From: an uncultured Methanoregulaceae archaeon
GTDB taxonomy: Archaea > Halobacteriota > Methanomicrobia > Methanomicrobiales > Methanospirillaceae
Length of the DNA: 64,000 nt
Direction of reading: 5' to 3'
NCBI GenBank assembly: GCA_963737635.1
Contig: CAVTTL010000001.1
Location: 1,184,001-1,248,000 of the forward strand
Shown: positions 52,372-62,660 of the stretch, piece by piece
Layout: each line of letters begins with the position of its first letter
Numbering within the stretch: position 1 is the first letter of the stretch
Position numbers and translations under genes: made by a program
The notes under the pieces: generated by a model
What the model saw: only the letters and a program-made list of their open reading frames with translations
What the model was told of the DNA's origin: nothing
The model's database searches: none

Positions 52372-52952
52372 CAAAAAGTTTCGATATCCTGATCGTAGGA
52401 ATCGGCGGACAGGGAACGATCCTTGCCTCCAATATCCTCGGAGAGGCCTGCCTTAGTGAAGGCCGACACGTGAAAGGTGCAGAGACACACGGGATGGCGC
52501 AGCGCGGAGGATCAGTTGAGACCCACATCAGGATTGACGGGCTGTACGGTCCTCTGATTGTGCCGGGTACTGCCGATCTCCTGATCTCCTTTGACCTGCT
52601 TGAAGCGCTCCGGTACTCCCATTACCTTAAAACCGGTGGGAAGATGGTAGTCAACCGGCACATGGTCCTTCCTACATCGGTCTTCGCACAAAAGAGCCCG
52701 GCGCCAACTGAAGACGAGATTGTCGAGCAGCTTGCGCGGTTTGATCCCTGCCTCATCGATGCAGATAAGATCGCCACAGAAGCGGGCAGCATTCTTGCCC
52801 AGAACGTGGTGGTCCTCGGTGCGGCCTCATCGTCGATCCCTTTAAAAGCTGAATCTCTTCTTACTGCCATTAAAAAACTTGTTCCGCCGAGAACTGTTGA
52901 AACGAATACAAAAGCTTTCGAGATGGGACAAGCGTTTGGCAGGATGTGCTAA
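52368..52952 (+). CDS. iorB: Indolepyruvate oxidoreductase beta
   Basis: GIGGQG, ETHGMAQRGGSV. Confidence 0.95.
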   Translation: MTKSFDILIVGIGGQGTILASNILGEACLSEGRHVKGAETHGMAQRGGSVETHIRIDGLYGPLIVPGTADLLISFDLLEALRYSHYLKTGGKMVVNRHMVLPTSVFAQKSPAPTEDEIVEQLARFDPCLIDADKIATEAGSILAQNVVVLGAASSSIPLKAESLLTAIKKLVPPRTVETNTKAFEMGQAFGRMC

Positions 52953-53665
52953 TGGGTTCTCTTGGGGCATTCGAGCCGGACACCCTGTATGAAGGGGACG
53001 CGCTTGCGCTCATGGAACAGCTCCCGGAGAAGACAATCGACCTCATCGTCACCGATCCCCCCTTCGCTATCAATTTTAAAGCACAGCGGCTCAATTATAA
53101 CCGGACCAGCAGCAACGTTATCGGAGGCTACCGGGAGGTCCCTCCGGAAGAGTACCGGGACTTCACGCAGCAGTGGATCGCCGAGGCAGCCCGGGTGCTA
53201 TCACCCTCCGGAAGCATGTATGTTTTCTCCGGCTGGAACCGGCTCCGTGACATTCTTGAAGCTATCGATGCGGCAGGGCTCACGACTATAAACCACCTGA
53301 TCTGGAAGTACCAATTCGGGGTTTTTACTAAGAACCGGTACGTCACCAGCCATTATCACATCCTCTACGTCGTAAAAGACCCAAAAAACTATACGTTCAA
53401 CAAAATTGACCACTATCCAGAGGATGTCTGGGTGATCAACCGCAAATACTGGAAAGGAAAGAAAAAGACGCCGACGAAACTTCCGCAGGAACTGGTACAG
53501 AAGATTATCCGGTATTCGAGCAATTCCGGGGATCTGATCTTCGATCCTTTCCTTGGCTCGGGTACCGTTGCAGTAGTCGCACAGCAGGAAGGCCGGCATT
53601 TCCTTGGTTTTGAGATCGTCCCTGAATATGTTGCCTTTGCCCGGGACAGCCTGACGAACCGGTAG
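52946..53665 (+). CDS. Orphan beta-class DNA methyltransferase
   Basis: TDPPF, PTKLP, DPFLGSGT. Confidence 0.9.
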   Translation: MLMGSLGAFEPDTLYEGDALALMEQLPEKTIDLIVTDPPFAINFKAQRLNYNRTSSNVIGGYREVPPEEYRDFTQQWIAEAARVLSPSGSMYVFSGWNRLRDILEAIDAAGLTTINHLIWKYQFGVFTKNRYVTSHYHILYVVKDPKNYTFNKIDHYPEDVWVINRKYWKGKKKTPTKLPQELVQKIIRYSSNSGDLIFDPFLGSGTVAVVAQQEGRHFLGFEIVPEYVAFARDSLTNR

Positions 53666-53748
53666 ATCCATAACCTTCCTGTTCCGGGAAGTGATCCCGT
53701 GCCGGGTGTTTTGGCTTATAGTACAAAAACGTCTCAGGAAAATGATAA

Positions 53749-53832
53749 CGCTGAGGGGGGGAATTGAACCCCCGAGGCACTTTCGCACCACAGGCTTTCC
53801 AGGCCTGCGCCCTACCGCTAGACTACCTCAGC
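53749..53832 (-). tRNA. tRNA-Ser(GGA)
   Basis: GCTGAGG acceptor; CAGGC-CTGGAAA-GCCTG arm; long variable arm. Confidence 0.95.
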
Positions 53833-53881
53833 AAAAAGTGTATCCCATGTATTTGCCGGGCATTTTTTTAATGCTATCCTT

Positions 53882-54832
53882 TCATGAGGCGTGTTTCGGT
53901 GCGCAGCCTTTTTTCCAGCCTTTCGGGTACGTACCCGGGGCAAGAAAAACCGCGGTCATAGCGATGAACAGGCCGGGTGTTCCGGGTTTCCATGAGGCTG
54001 AAGGAGCGAGCGCTTTTCCAAGACCGATAAATTCCCGTTTCCCTGAGAGAACGGCAACAATCTGATCTTTCCTGAATTCACCACAGCTGACAACACCGAC
54101 CCCTGCCAGCACCGCGCCGTGGCAGAGGGCGTCGATCGCGGTATCCCGCACGACAACAGTCGGGATATCGGGTACAGCCGCATCCACCGAAACGATCATC
54201 GCGTCAAGTGCGGCCCGGTTCCCGGCTGCCGCAGCACAACATGCATCTTGAAGATCGTGAAGCGTATGCATTGTCCTCTCATCAAAAGCACCCGACCGGG
54301 TACGCCGGAGTTCCTGCATGTGCGCTCCGGTTCCAAGCGCCAGGCCCATGTGGTGGCAGAGGGAGCGGATGTAGGTGCCGGCATCACACCTGACTTTCAT
54401 AAGTACCAGTTTTCCATCGACGCCTAGGATATCCAGTTGCTGGATGGTCCGAATACGAAGCAGGCGTTTTACTGCGCTTCTCCGGGGCGGGCGCTGGTAG
54501 ATCCGGCCCGTAAATTCCGCTGCCACCGCATCAATTTGCTGCCTGTCGACCACCTTGTGCAATCGCATCAGGCACACATACTCTTTATCGTGTTTTAAGA
54601 GTAGCGGGGCGAGGCGCACAGCATTCCCGAGCATAACCAGGAGAATGCCTGAAACCTGGGGGTCAAGTGTTCCTGCATGGCCCACCTTGCAGCCGAGTAT
54701 ATTTCCCACCCACGCCGCTACCTGGTGACTCGAGGGTCCCCGGGGCTTATCGATCACGATGATTCCAACCCCAAACCGGGGGAGATTAGCAGGGGCAGGT
54801 TCCAGATCCTGACATTCTTGTGCTGAGTTCAT
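53882..54832 (-). CDS. cbf5: H/ACA pseudouridine synthase Cbf5 (TruB family)
   Basis: DKPRGPSSHQV, GHAGTLDP, AGTYIRSL, PUA domain. Confidence 0.95.
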   Translation of the reverse strand: MNSAQECQDLEPAPANLPRFGVGIIVIDKPRGPSSHQVAAWVGNILGCKVGHAGTLDPQVSGILLVMLGNAVRLAPLLLKHDKEYVCLMRLHKVVDRQQIDAVAAEFTGRIYQRPPRRSAVKRLLRIRTIQQLDILGVDGKLVLMKVRCDAGTYIRSLCHHMGLALGTGAHMQELRRTRSGAFDERTMHTLHDLQDACCAAAAGNRAALDAMIVSVDAAVPDIPTVVVRDTAIDALCHGAVLAGVGVVSCGEFRKDQIVAVLSGKREFIGLGKALAPSASWKPGTPGLFIAMTAVFLAPGTYPKGWKKGCAPKHAS

Positions 54833-55521
54833 CGTACTACCCGTATCCGATCCCGGTATTCGTTTAACGCTGCAAGTGTTCCTTCAAGAGAACCGTCCCC
54901 CACAATCGCCGGGAAGGCTCCCATGCGCATCATCGCACCTGCAGTAATCTCCCCGATTGCCATCACCAGCAGATCCGGGCGCGGAGTCCAGATTGCCTTT
55001 GCATAGGACATCGCGCTGGTAAAAAGGAGAGCCTCTGCCCCGCCAAGATCCAGCGGTTCGTTCGTGGGTACAAGCCGGTAACACCGGAACTCCCGGGCGG
55101 CACCTCCTGCATGCGAAATCGCGTCAATAAGAGGAGCGTTTGGGACATCAGCCCTGGGGAGACCGATGGTCTTTCCTTGAATCCAGTCCCCCAGGTACGG
55201 GACAAAGTCGCGGGAATAGAAGCTGGGAAGGGTCTCGCTGGCAATCCCGCACCGTTCAAGCTCCCGTGCTGTTTCGGGCCCAATCGCGATGACCCGAGGG
55301 GGGTTTTTGAGAAGAGGGGCGATGATTTTCGCCGGGAGGGCACTGGTAAAAAAAAGGCAGTCGAATTCACCGCGGCCAACAGCCTCCGCAAATGCCGACA
55401 CGACCTCATGGTGAATCTCAGAGCGAAGCGGGTGGACGCTGTAGCACGCATGCCCGAACGCTGCGCACCGGGCTTTATCCCGTTCTTCCTTTCCTGCGAG
55501 ACGGGTGACTGCGATCTTCAT
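54829..55521 (-). CDS. hemD: Uroporphyrinogen-III synthase
   Basis: IAVTR, FFTS, AIGPET, FTSAMS, AIGEIT. Confidence 0.85.
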   Translation of the reverse strand: MKIAVTRLAGKEERDKARCAAFGHACYSVHPLRSEIHHEVVSAFAEAVGRGEFDCLFFTSALPAKIIAPLLKNPPRVIAIGPETARELERCGIASETLPSFYSRDFVPYLGDWIQGKTIGLPRADVPNAPLIDAISHAGGAAREFRCYRLVPTNEPLDLGGAEALLFTSAMSYAKAIWTPRPDLLVMAIGEITAGAMMRMGAFPAIVGDGSLEGTLAALNEYRDRIRVVR

Positions 55522-55703
55522 TAAGAAATCATCACCCCGGAATAATAAGAGGGTATGTATTCTGGTTGATGTACGCTCCTTATTTCGATCGTTTCCGGAT
55601 AATTCCCTGAATGCGGATTAGGGTCAATTTAGCACTGCATGCAGCCACACTCAGTTTTCCGTGAGCCATTCTTTTTTTTAGCCGGGCGCCCTTAATCTGT
55701 ATC

Positions 55704-56580
55704 ATGCAGTCCTGCTGGTTTGGGGATGTGGAGGATGGAACGTGCACCCCTTTTATCGGTGATGCCGCCGCATACGCCCATAGGGTCCGGGAGATCCGTA
55801 CCAGCATGGACATCGTTGTTCTGCCAGACTGGCGCCAGGCAGTTACCTGCGGGGTCTGCCGCGACCGCGGGGAGTACCTATCTCTGCTCCAGAAAGTGTG
55901 TATCGCGGGATCGGAGCAGGCGGTCAGGGAACAGTATGCGGCAAAAGACGTGGAACTGCTCCAGATGGTCAGGACGCTTGACGAAATGGATACAGTGATC
56001 AACGTTCTCTCAGAACGGGTGGCTGACTGGTACCAGATCCGGCACCCTTCGTTCTCCCGCAAGTACCGCAGGACACCGGCGCATATGCTGGTCAAATCAA
56101 TCAGTGAGCGGAACCGGGGAGGAGCACTTGGAAAAGTCGCCGCAGGAATCACCGGCCTTGCCGAAACAAGGACCGCACTTGCAAAAGAGGTATCAGCCCG
56201 GGCATGCGAAGTGATGCCAAACACGAGTACGCTCATCGGCGGGCTTGTTGCCGCCCGGCTCCTCTCTCACGCAGGAGGCTTAAAGGAACTTTCCCGTATG
56301 CCCGCGAGTACCGATCCAGGTGCTTGGGGCCCGGACCGCACTTTTCATGCATATCCGGACCCAGGCACCATCACCCAAGCACGGGATCATTTTCCAGCAC
56401 CGGCGGGTACATAACGCTCCCCGCGAGGTGAGAGGAAAAGTCGCCCGGGTTCTTGCAGGAAAACTGGCGATTGCCGCCCGGCTGGATTTTTACCGGGGCT
56501 GTGCGGTCCCGGCCTTCCTTGACGATGCCCAGACACGTATCGATGTGGCTGGAACACTGAAGGGAGATGATCGGTCGTGA
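55704..56580 (+). CDS. nop5: Box C/D RNP protein Nop5 (indel ~56312)
   Basis: GGLKELSRMPAST / IQVLGA…PKHGIIFQH…GKVARVLAGKLAIAARLD. Confidence 0.9.
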
Positions 56581-57188
56581 TCTATAGAGGCGATGTCCTG
56601 GTCTCGAAGGGTGAAGGAGGGGTCTATAATGAACGGATGCTTGACGGGTACCGGGTCTGGGACCCATACCGGAGCAAGCTTGCTGCCCTCTATCTCGTAG
56701 GCACCGGCATCGATCTCAACGCGGAGATGAAAGTACTCTACCTCGGCGCGGCTAACGGAACCACTGTATCGCATGTTGCCGATTATGTGGAGGTGGTGTA
56801 TTCCGTGGAATTTGCCCCGCGGCCGATGCAGGACCTGCTTGAAGTGGCACGTCGGCGTAAAAACGTTATACCCATTATGGCAGACGCGTCGTGCCCGGAG
56901 CACTATGCACCGCTTGTGGAAACGGTGGATCTCCTCTACCAGGATGTGGCCCAGCCTGACCAGGCAGCAATCGCCATCAGGAACTGCGTATTTCTTAAAA
57001 CCGGTGGCCAGCTTATCCTTATGCTCAAGACCCGGAGTGTGGATATAAGGAAAGAACCGGCAGTGGTCTTCCAGGATACGCTCGATATCCTCATGTCTGC
57101 TGGCATCACAGTACGTGAGAGTACATGGCTCGCACCGTACCATCAGGATCACGCTGCAATCGTGTGTACTCTCGAGCACCCGGTGTAA
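56577..57188 (+). CDS. flpA: Fibrillarin-like rRNA/tRNA 2'-O-methyltransferase
   Basis: WDPYRSKLAA, VLYLGAANGTTVSHVAD, YQDVAQPDQ. Confidence 0.95.
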   Translation: MIYRGDVLVSKGEGGVYNERMLDGYRVWDPYRSKLAALYLVGTGIDLNAEMKVLYLGAANGTTVSHVADYVEVVYSVEFAPRPMQDLLEVARRRKNVIPIMADASCPEHYAPLVETVDLLYQDVAQPDQAAIAIRNCVFLKTGGQLILMLKTRSVDIRKEPAVVFQDTLDILMSAGITVRESTWLAPYHQDHAAIVCTLEHPV

Positions 57189-57198
57189 GGAAATTACC

Positions 57199-57924
57199 AT
57201 GCCAGATAATATCCGTGTTTATTCTGCAGGCCCTCTGACTCTTATCGCGCTGATTGCGGTGATCGGGCTTATCGTCATCGTCATACCGCTGCTGTTTCTC
57301 GGTCTTGCCGGGAAAGCCATTACCAGTCTTGTCGGGCTCTCGTGGCTCACGGCGACTGCCCTTGTCATCCTGATCCTGCTGTGCAGTTTTGTGGACCTCC
57401 CGGTCTGGAAAGTCCGGCGGGAGACGATACGGGTACCCCACAGCGATACGGGGCAGTTTCCCGATGCATTTACACGATGTGAAAGCGGGGGTCTCTGGGA
57501 GACCACCATTGCGGTTAATCTGGGTGGAGCGATTATTCCCCTTGCCCTGTCATTTTATCTTCTGAACCGTGCGTCGCAGGTGATGAGCGGGGAGACGCTG
57601 TACCTGAGGGTTCTCGCCGGTATTTTGGTGGTCGCTGCAATGGCGTATGTGACGACCCGGGCAATGGTTGGCGTGGGGATACGGACACCGCTCTTTATTC
57701 CAGGCCTCACGGCACTTCTCTGCGGCGTCATTCTTGCCGGCGGCCTCGGTCTTTCAGCCGGGGTTATCGCATTTGTCAGCGTGACCATCGGTACCCTGCT
57801 CGGCGCAAACATTGCACACCTTTCCCATATAGGCGACCTTGAAGTGCCGAAGATCAGTATCGGCGGTGCGGGGACTTTTGGCGCAATCTTTATCGGCTGT
57901 CTTCTTTCAGCACTTATCGCGTAG
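57199..57924 (+). CDS. DUF1614 membrane protein
   Basis: IAVNLGGAIIP, GTLLGA, SIGGAGTF. Confidence 0.85.
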   Translation: MPDNIRVYSAGPLTLIALIAVIGLIVIVIPLLFLGLAGKAITSLVGLSWLTATALVILILLCSFVDLPVWKVRRETIRVPHSDTGQFPDAFTRCESGGLWETTIAVNLGGAIIPLALSFYLLNRASQVMSGETLYLRVLAGILVVAAMAYVTTRAMVGVGIRTPLFIPGLTALLCGVILAGGLGLSAGVIAFVSVTIGTLLGANIAHLSHIGDLEVPKISIGGAGTFGAIFIGCLLSALIA

Positions 57925-58032
57925 GGTAAGATCTTCTGGTTCCGGCATTCCGGGCAAAGGTTGGAATTGTTGTAAAATCTCCACCTGCAGGACCAAGTCA
58001 TGCGGAGTTTTGAAAATAACGCACCAAAAGAG

Positions 58033-58105
<73 letters not shown>

Positions 58106-58177
58106 ATATTGCCTCATTCTTTTTGAGGCTGGAGCCTAATTAAAGTGACGGCTTTTATGGATTGGCGGACTGGTGCA

Positions 58178-58903
58178 TCAGGCTTTTTTTGAACGGTCGC
58201 AACGCCCGCAGGCTTGGCAGACTTCCTGTATTGGCTGGATATATTCGCCCTTCCCGCAGAACGGTTCGATGTCGTGCATATCCCTGACATAATAAATGTG
58301 CGGGACAAGTGAAATATGGGTATAGGTGCCGCACGGTACGCCGAGCCGATCCGCTATGGACTTCTGGAGCTGGACAAGCGCATACATGTTTGCCCCGGCT
58401 GCGGTGAGCATATCATTACTCCGGAAGATCACCCTCATTGCCAGTTTCCTGTCGCGGAGCACACACTGCACGAGCTGGAGGCAGGGACAATCATCAAGTT
58501 TTTCATCAATCACCGGGTTCCAGGTGATAGCAATCGCCCGCCGGGTCTCGGGAGATTGCAGGAGCTTGTTTGCTATGTACTCGATCTGATCAATGTGAAC
58601 CGGAATCCTGTCAACAGAAAGCCGTTCACCCCAGTCAAAGAGCCTGCCGTGATAATCGTATTCAAAGGAAGCATGTGATCCATGCAGGAGATCACTCGCA
58701 TACTGTTCGACAAACTTCTGCTGGAACCGGGAATGGGAGCTCACCATCGGCCCGGCGAGCGGGGTATCGACTTGGAGGGCGACCTCTTCAAATTCGACGG
58801 TAGCTTCATCATCTTCGGTCTGGAGAACCCGGCCCTTTTCTAGGATCATCTTTACGACCAGTTCGTGTGCCCGCCCGATCGAAGGGGCCCTGATGACTCT
58901 CAT
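58178..58903 (-). CDS. thyA: Archaeal thymidylate synthase
   Basis: FEYDYHGRL, TRRAI, PCLQ, FRSND, HIY. Confidence 0.9.
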   Translation of the reverse strand: MRVIRAPSIGRAHELVVKMILEKGRVLQTEDDEATVEFEEVALQVDTPLAGPMVSSHSRFQQKFVEQYASDLLHGSHASFEYDYHGRLFDWGERLSVDRIPVHIDQIEYIANKLLQSPETRRAIAITWNPVIDEKLDDCPCLQLVQCVLRDRKLAMRVIFRSNDMLTAAGANMYALVQLQKSIADRLGVPCGTYTHISLVPHIYYVRDMHDIEPFCGKGEYIQPIQEVCQACGRCDRSKKA

Positions 58904-59298
58904 GACACATGGGTTGGCGCCGGTATCATATATGTGTTAATAAGAGGCCGTACGATCATGGATTTCCCCCTCTTTCCAGATGCGGCCACCATGCGGGAAG
59001 AATTCTTCCCGGATTGTAATCGCCGTCTCAATAGGATACCGGGACCTGACATTATCTCATTTACGAGTACGCTGAGTACGTACATTGTATAGGCAGCATT
59101 CGATCCTCGATCTTATAGTAGTGTACTATATACTTCCCGATATCGCATACACTTATCGAAAGCAGATATAACTCGTACAGGCTCGTGCGCGAATCCGGCC
59201 GAACCTATAAAGAAATCAGATGCCTCAGGCTGGCACCTCCCTATGCTGAAAGGATGCCACAAAAACTCATTAAATCAGGTGAAATTGAAAAAGAGGGT

Positions 59299-59348
59299 AT
59301 TTCAGGCCCTGAAATGGGAAGCAAACCCAACCACAAAGGATATATTAG
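59299..59348 (+). promoter_or_regulatory. S-layer promoter: palindrome ATTTCAGGCCCTGAAAT followed by BRE/TATA-like AAAGGATATATTA
   Basis: 8-1-8 inverted repeat about 20 nt upstream of a TATA-like box about 130 nt before the ATG. Confidence 0.55.
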
Positions 59349-59476
59349 CTCTTTTACAAATATTCCTCCATATTCCGTTTAAACGGAGTATGGGGCTCGC
59401 AGAATCGTTATTCGGCAAATGTCGAAACGGTTCTCCGGCTTGAAATGTATGATGTAATAACTTTGGAGGAAAATGC

Positions 59477-62324
59477 ATGACTAAGCGATTAACGATTGCA
59501 CTTATTGCACTCGTCGCGTTGGTGCTTGTCGCAGTATTGCCAGTATCGGCAACTTACTACGATATCAACAACACGATCAATCAGGGCGCAGTAGTGTATA
59601 TTGGAGAACAGCAACTGAATGTTACCAATGCCACGGGTCCGATATACACCCATGGTGATACCGCCATTGGCTGGTGGTCACCGGCCGCAATCGTAGGCTA
59701 CTACGGCACCGACGGTCTCTATTCCGTTGAGTTCCATCACCAACAGTTCGTACTATATCTCCTCGGCTTCTTTTGGCGCCTATACTGGACCTTGGTACGG
59801 CGTTACTTCTACTAGCGTAGGCGACACCGTTACTGGTGCAGTCTTCAACGTCCAGGATCCGAGCGTCAGTGTTGATGTATGGGATGAAACCACCGCAACC
59901 GCCGTAACCGGCGGCACTGCTATCCAGGGTGACAACCTTACCTTCCGTATCAACACGAACCTGCAGAGTGCACTCGACCCGACCAAGCGTAGTCAGGATG
60001 TTATTCCTGGCGCCGCCCAAATCGGTAACATAGATATCAAGGTACACGGTTCTACCGGAAACACGTATACTTCGCTGTTTAACACCACCTTAGCAAATGG
60101 AGATTCAAATACCGCGAGCATTACCTCGCAGAATGTGAGCTCAGCACTGTGGTTCTGGGGTACAGTTGGCGGAGCAGTTCCAGTTACCTCCGGCGCGGGC
60201 TTTAACATCAACTATGTATGGAATTCCGCCGCAACCGATTCAAGCGGTCAGCTGGCCTACCCAGCTGGTGTGTACACTGTTGTCGCCCAGTCCAGACTTA
60301 ACGGGATGTACGATAACTACCTGAACGGTGGCGCAACCTATACCGGTAAGACGGTAAGCCAGCCCGCAACAGTTACCCTATCGTCCAACACGGTCGCGAT
60401 CTCGGCCAACGTCAACTCCGTTGTCCGCAGCAAGGCGTTCTCAGTTACGATCACGGGCAAGCCCTATGGTATCTACCACCTGTGGATCAAGGGAACCAGC
60501 ACCATGAATGGTAACTACGACAACCAGCCGCCGTACATCACCGCGAACCAGGCAAACGTCGTATTTGACCCGATCAACACGACCAGCATTCCCGCGGCTA
60601 ACAACCCGTACAACCCGGTCGCCGACAACGGTGCCTACGTAACCCAGTACGGTGTCTCTATCTGGAACGACGTTGCCCACGGCAATGATATTGGATCATT
60701 CCAAAACCCAGCAACGGCCTCCGGTGTCGACGCAACTGCAATCGGCAACGGTACGTTTGAATACGCCAACGTGTCTCTCGACCAGACCGGTACGAGAACG
60801 GTTCAGTGGTCGACGACCAACTGGACAAAGGCTCAGCAGTACACCATCCGTGTCGAGCAGGACTTCGGAACCTCCGCGAACCACAACTACAAGTATGATG
60901 AGGTTAACGTGCAGGTCCAGAAGGGTGCAGTCACTATCGTTGCCGCCGGCTCACAGAGCTACTACCTCGGCGAAGAGGTACAGTTCTCCGGTACCAACAC
61001 CGAATCCCAGACCACCTACCTGTTCATCGTTGGTCCCAACCTGGCCACCAATGGTGCCCAAATCGGGATGAACGCTCCAGCACAGTATCCAGTTACCAAC
61101 AACAATCCAGGCACGTTCCAGCAGGTTAACGTCCTCGGTGACAACACCTGGTCATGGGAGTGGGGTACCAGTAACGTCGCTCTCGACGCAGGTACCTATA
61201 CTGTCTATGCTGTCAGCGAACCCAACGATGCGAATAACTTAGCTAATGTGGCATACGGCACGGTCTCGATCATCCTTAAGGCACCGTTCGTCAGCGCGAC
61301 TGCATCACAGTCCACCGTTGCCCAGGGTGACCCGATCTACATTACCGGTACCGCACAGGGCCAGCCCTCAAAGGGAGTCCAGATCTGGATCCTCGGTAAG
61401 AACTTCGCTTACGTAGGATCCCAGTCCGTGAACAGCGATTCGTCGTTCTCGTATGAAGTTGAAGGAGCAACCACCGCAGGCTTGGCTACCGGCCAGTACT
61501 TCGTCGTTGTCCAGCACCCCATGGAGAACGGTGTGTTCGATGTTCAGGCAGTTCCGCCACCGCAGAACACCATCTCTGGCCAGTCAAGTGCAGGTCAGAC
61601 CTCGATCGTCTACACCGACAGCCCGAACAATCCGGGTTACTTCCCGAGTTCGGCAAATAATCTTGTTGGTTTCAATGGTACCGTTGACTTCTCACTTACT
61701 GGTAGCGGCGCCCTGCAGGGATCCAACGCTGCAGAGGCACTGGTACAGGCTATCAACAGTCCGAATGTCGATGATACCTACACCAAGCTCCAGTTCCTGG
61801 TAGAGACGCCGACCATCACCATCGACCCGATTGGTGACAGGTCTGTTGGTGACAAGTTCACCATCACCGGCGAGACGAACCTCGCTGTAGGTGACAACGT
61901 CCTCTTCACGATCTATTCATCATCATTCCAGCCGACTGATAAGACCCAGAGCGGAGAGTTCAGCGGCGCATCCGGCACTGTGGCAGTTACCCAGGGCACT
62001 AACGGACTGAACGCGGTCTCGTTCGATGTCGATGCTTCGACATTCAAACCGGACGAGTACCTCGTAACAGCATCTTCCGTTGGTCTCCCCATCTCAAGTC
62101 AGGCAACGGGTACTGCACTGTTCAACGTTCTTGAGCCAGGCACCACCACGGTAGCCCCGACCTCCGTTGCAACAGTCATGACCACGGCCGCTCCGACCAT
62201 GGTTCCAACCCAGATGGCAACCACTGTAGCACCCACCAAGACCCCGACACAGCCCGGGTTTGGTGCACTCGTTGCAGTGATTGGTCTCGGTGCAGTTGCG
62301 TTCCTCGTCGTGCGCAGGCACTGA
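59477..62324 (+). CDS. Major S-layer glycoprotein (Methanomicrobiales type, PGF-CTERM), indel ~59699
   Basis: GGAGG SD, signal peptide, VYIGEQQLNVT, many N-x-S/T sites, Thr-rich linker, QPGF+TM+RRH, strong C-ending codon bias. Confidence 0.92.
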
Positions 62325-62334
62325 ACTAACATCT

Positions 62335-62352
62335 AAATTTTTTCTTTTTTTG
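62335..62352 (+). terminator. Oligo-T archaeal terminator after the S-layer gene
   Basis: AAATTTTTTCTTTTTTTG about 10 nt after the stop. Confidence 0.65.
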
Positions 62353-62660
62353 TCTGGTTCAACCAGAAGTTCCAATTCAGTCAAATATCCGCATTCACCG
62401 GCGGTATGTACCGGTAATGTCAACCGCATTTCATGGAAATCTCTACGTTAGTTCTCGCTCTTTTTCGAATGCGTGTTTTAACGCATTGCTTGTCGCATTG
62501 TCCGGGTTTTCTCCAAGAGCGTCCCCCAACGTAAAAGAGAATAAGATTTTTCGATCCCGGTATGGGTCCCGGGACGATTTTTTATGATGAACCGTCCTAT
62601 CTTCCAGTAACAGGGGCATATTCTCCCGATGAGGGAATTCCTGGTGCGTGGCGATTCTGT

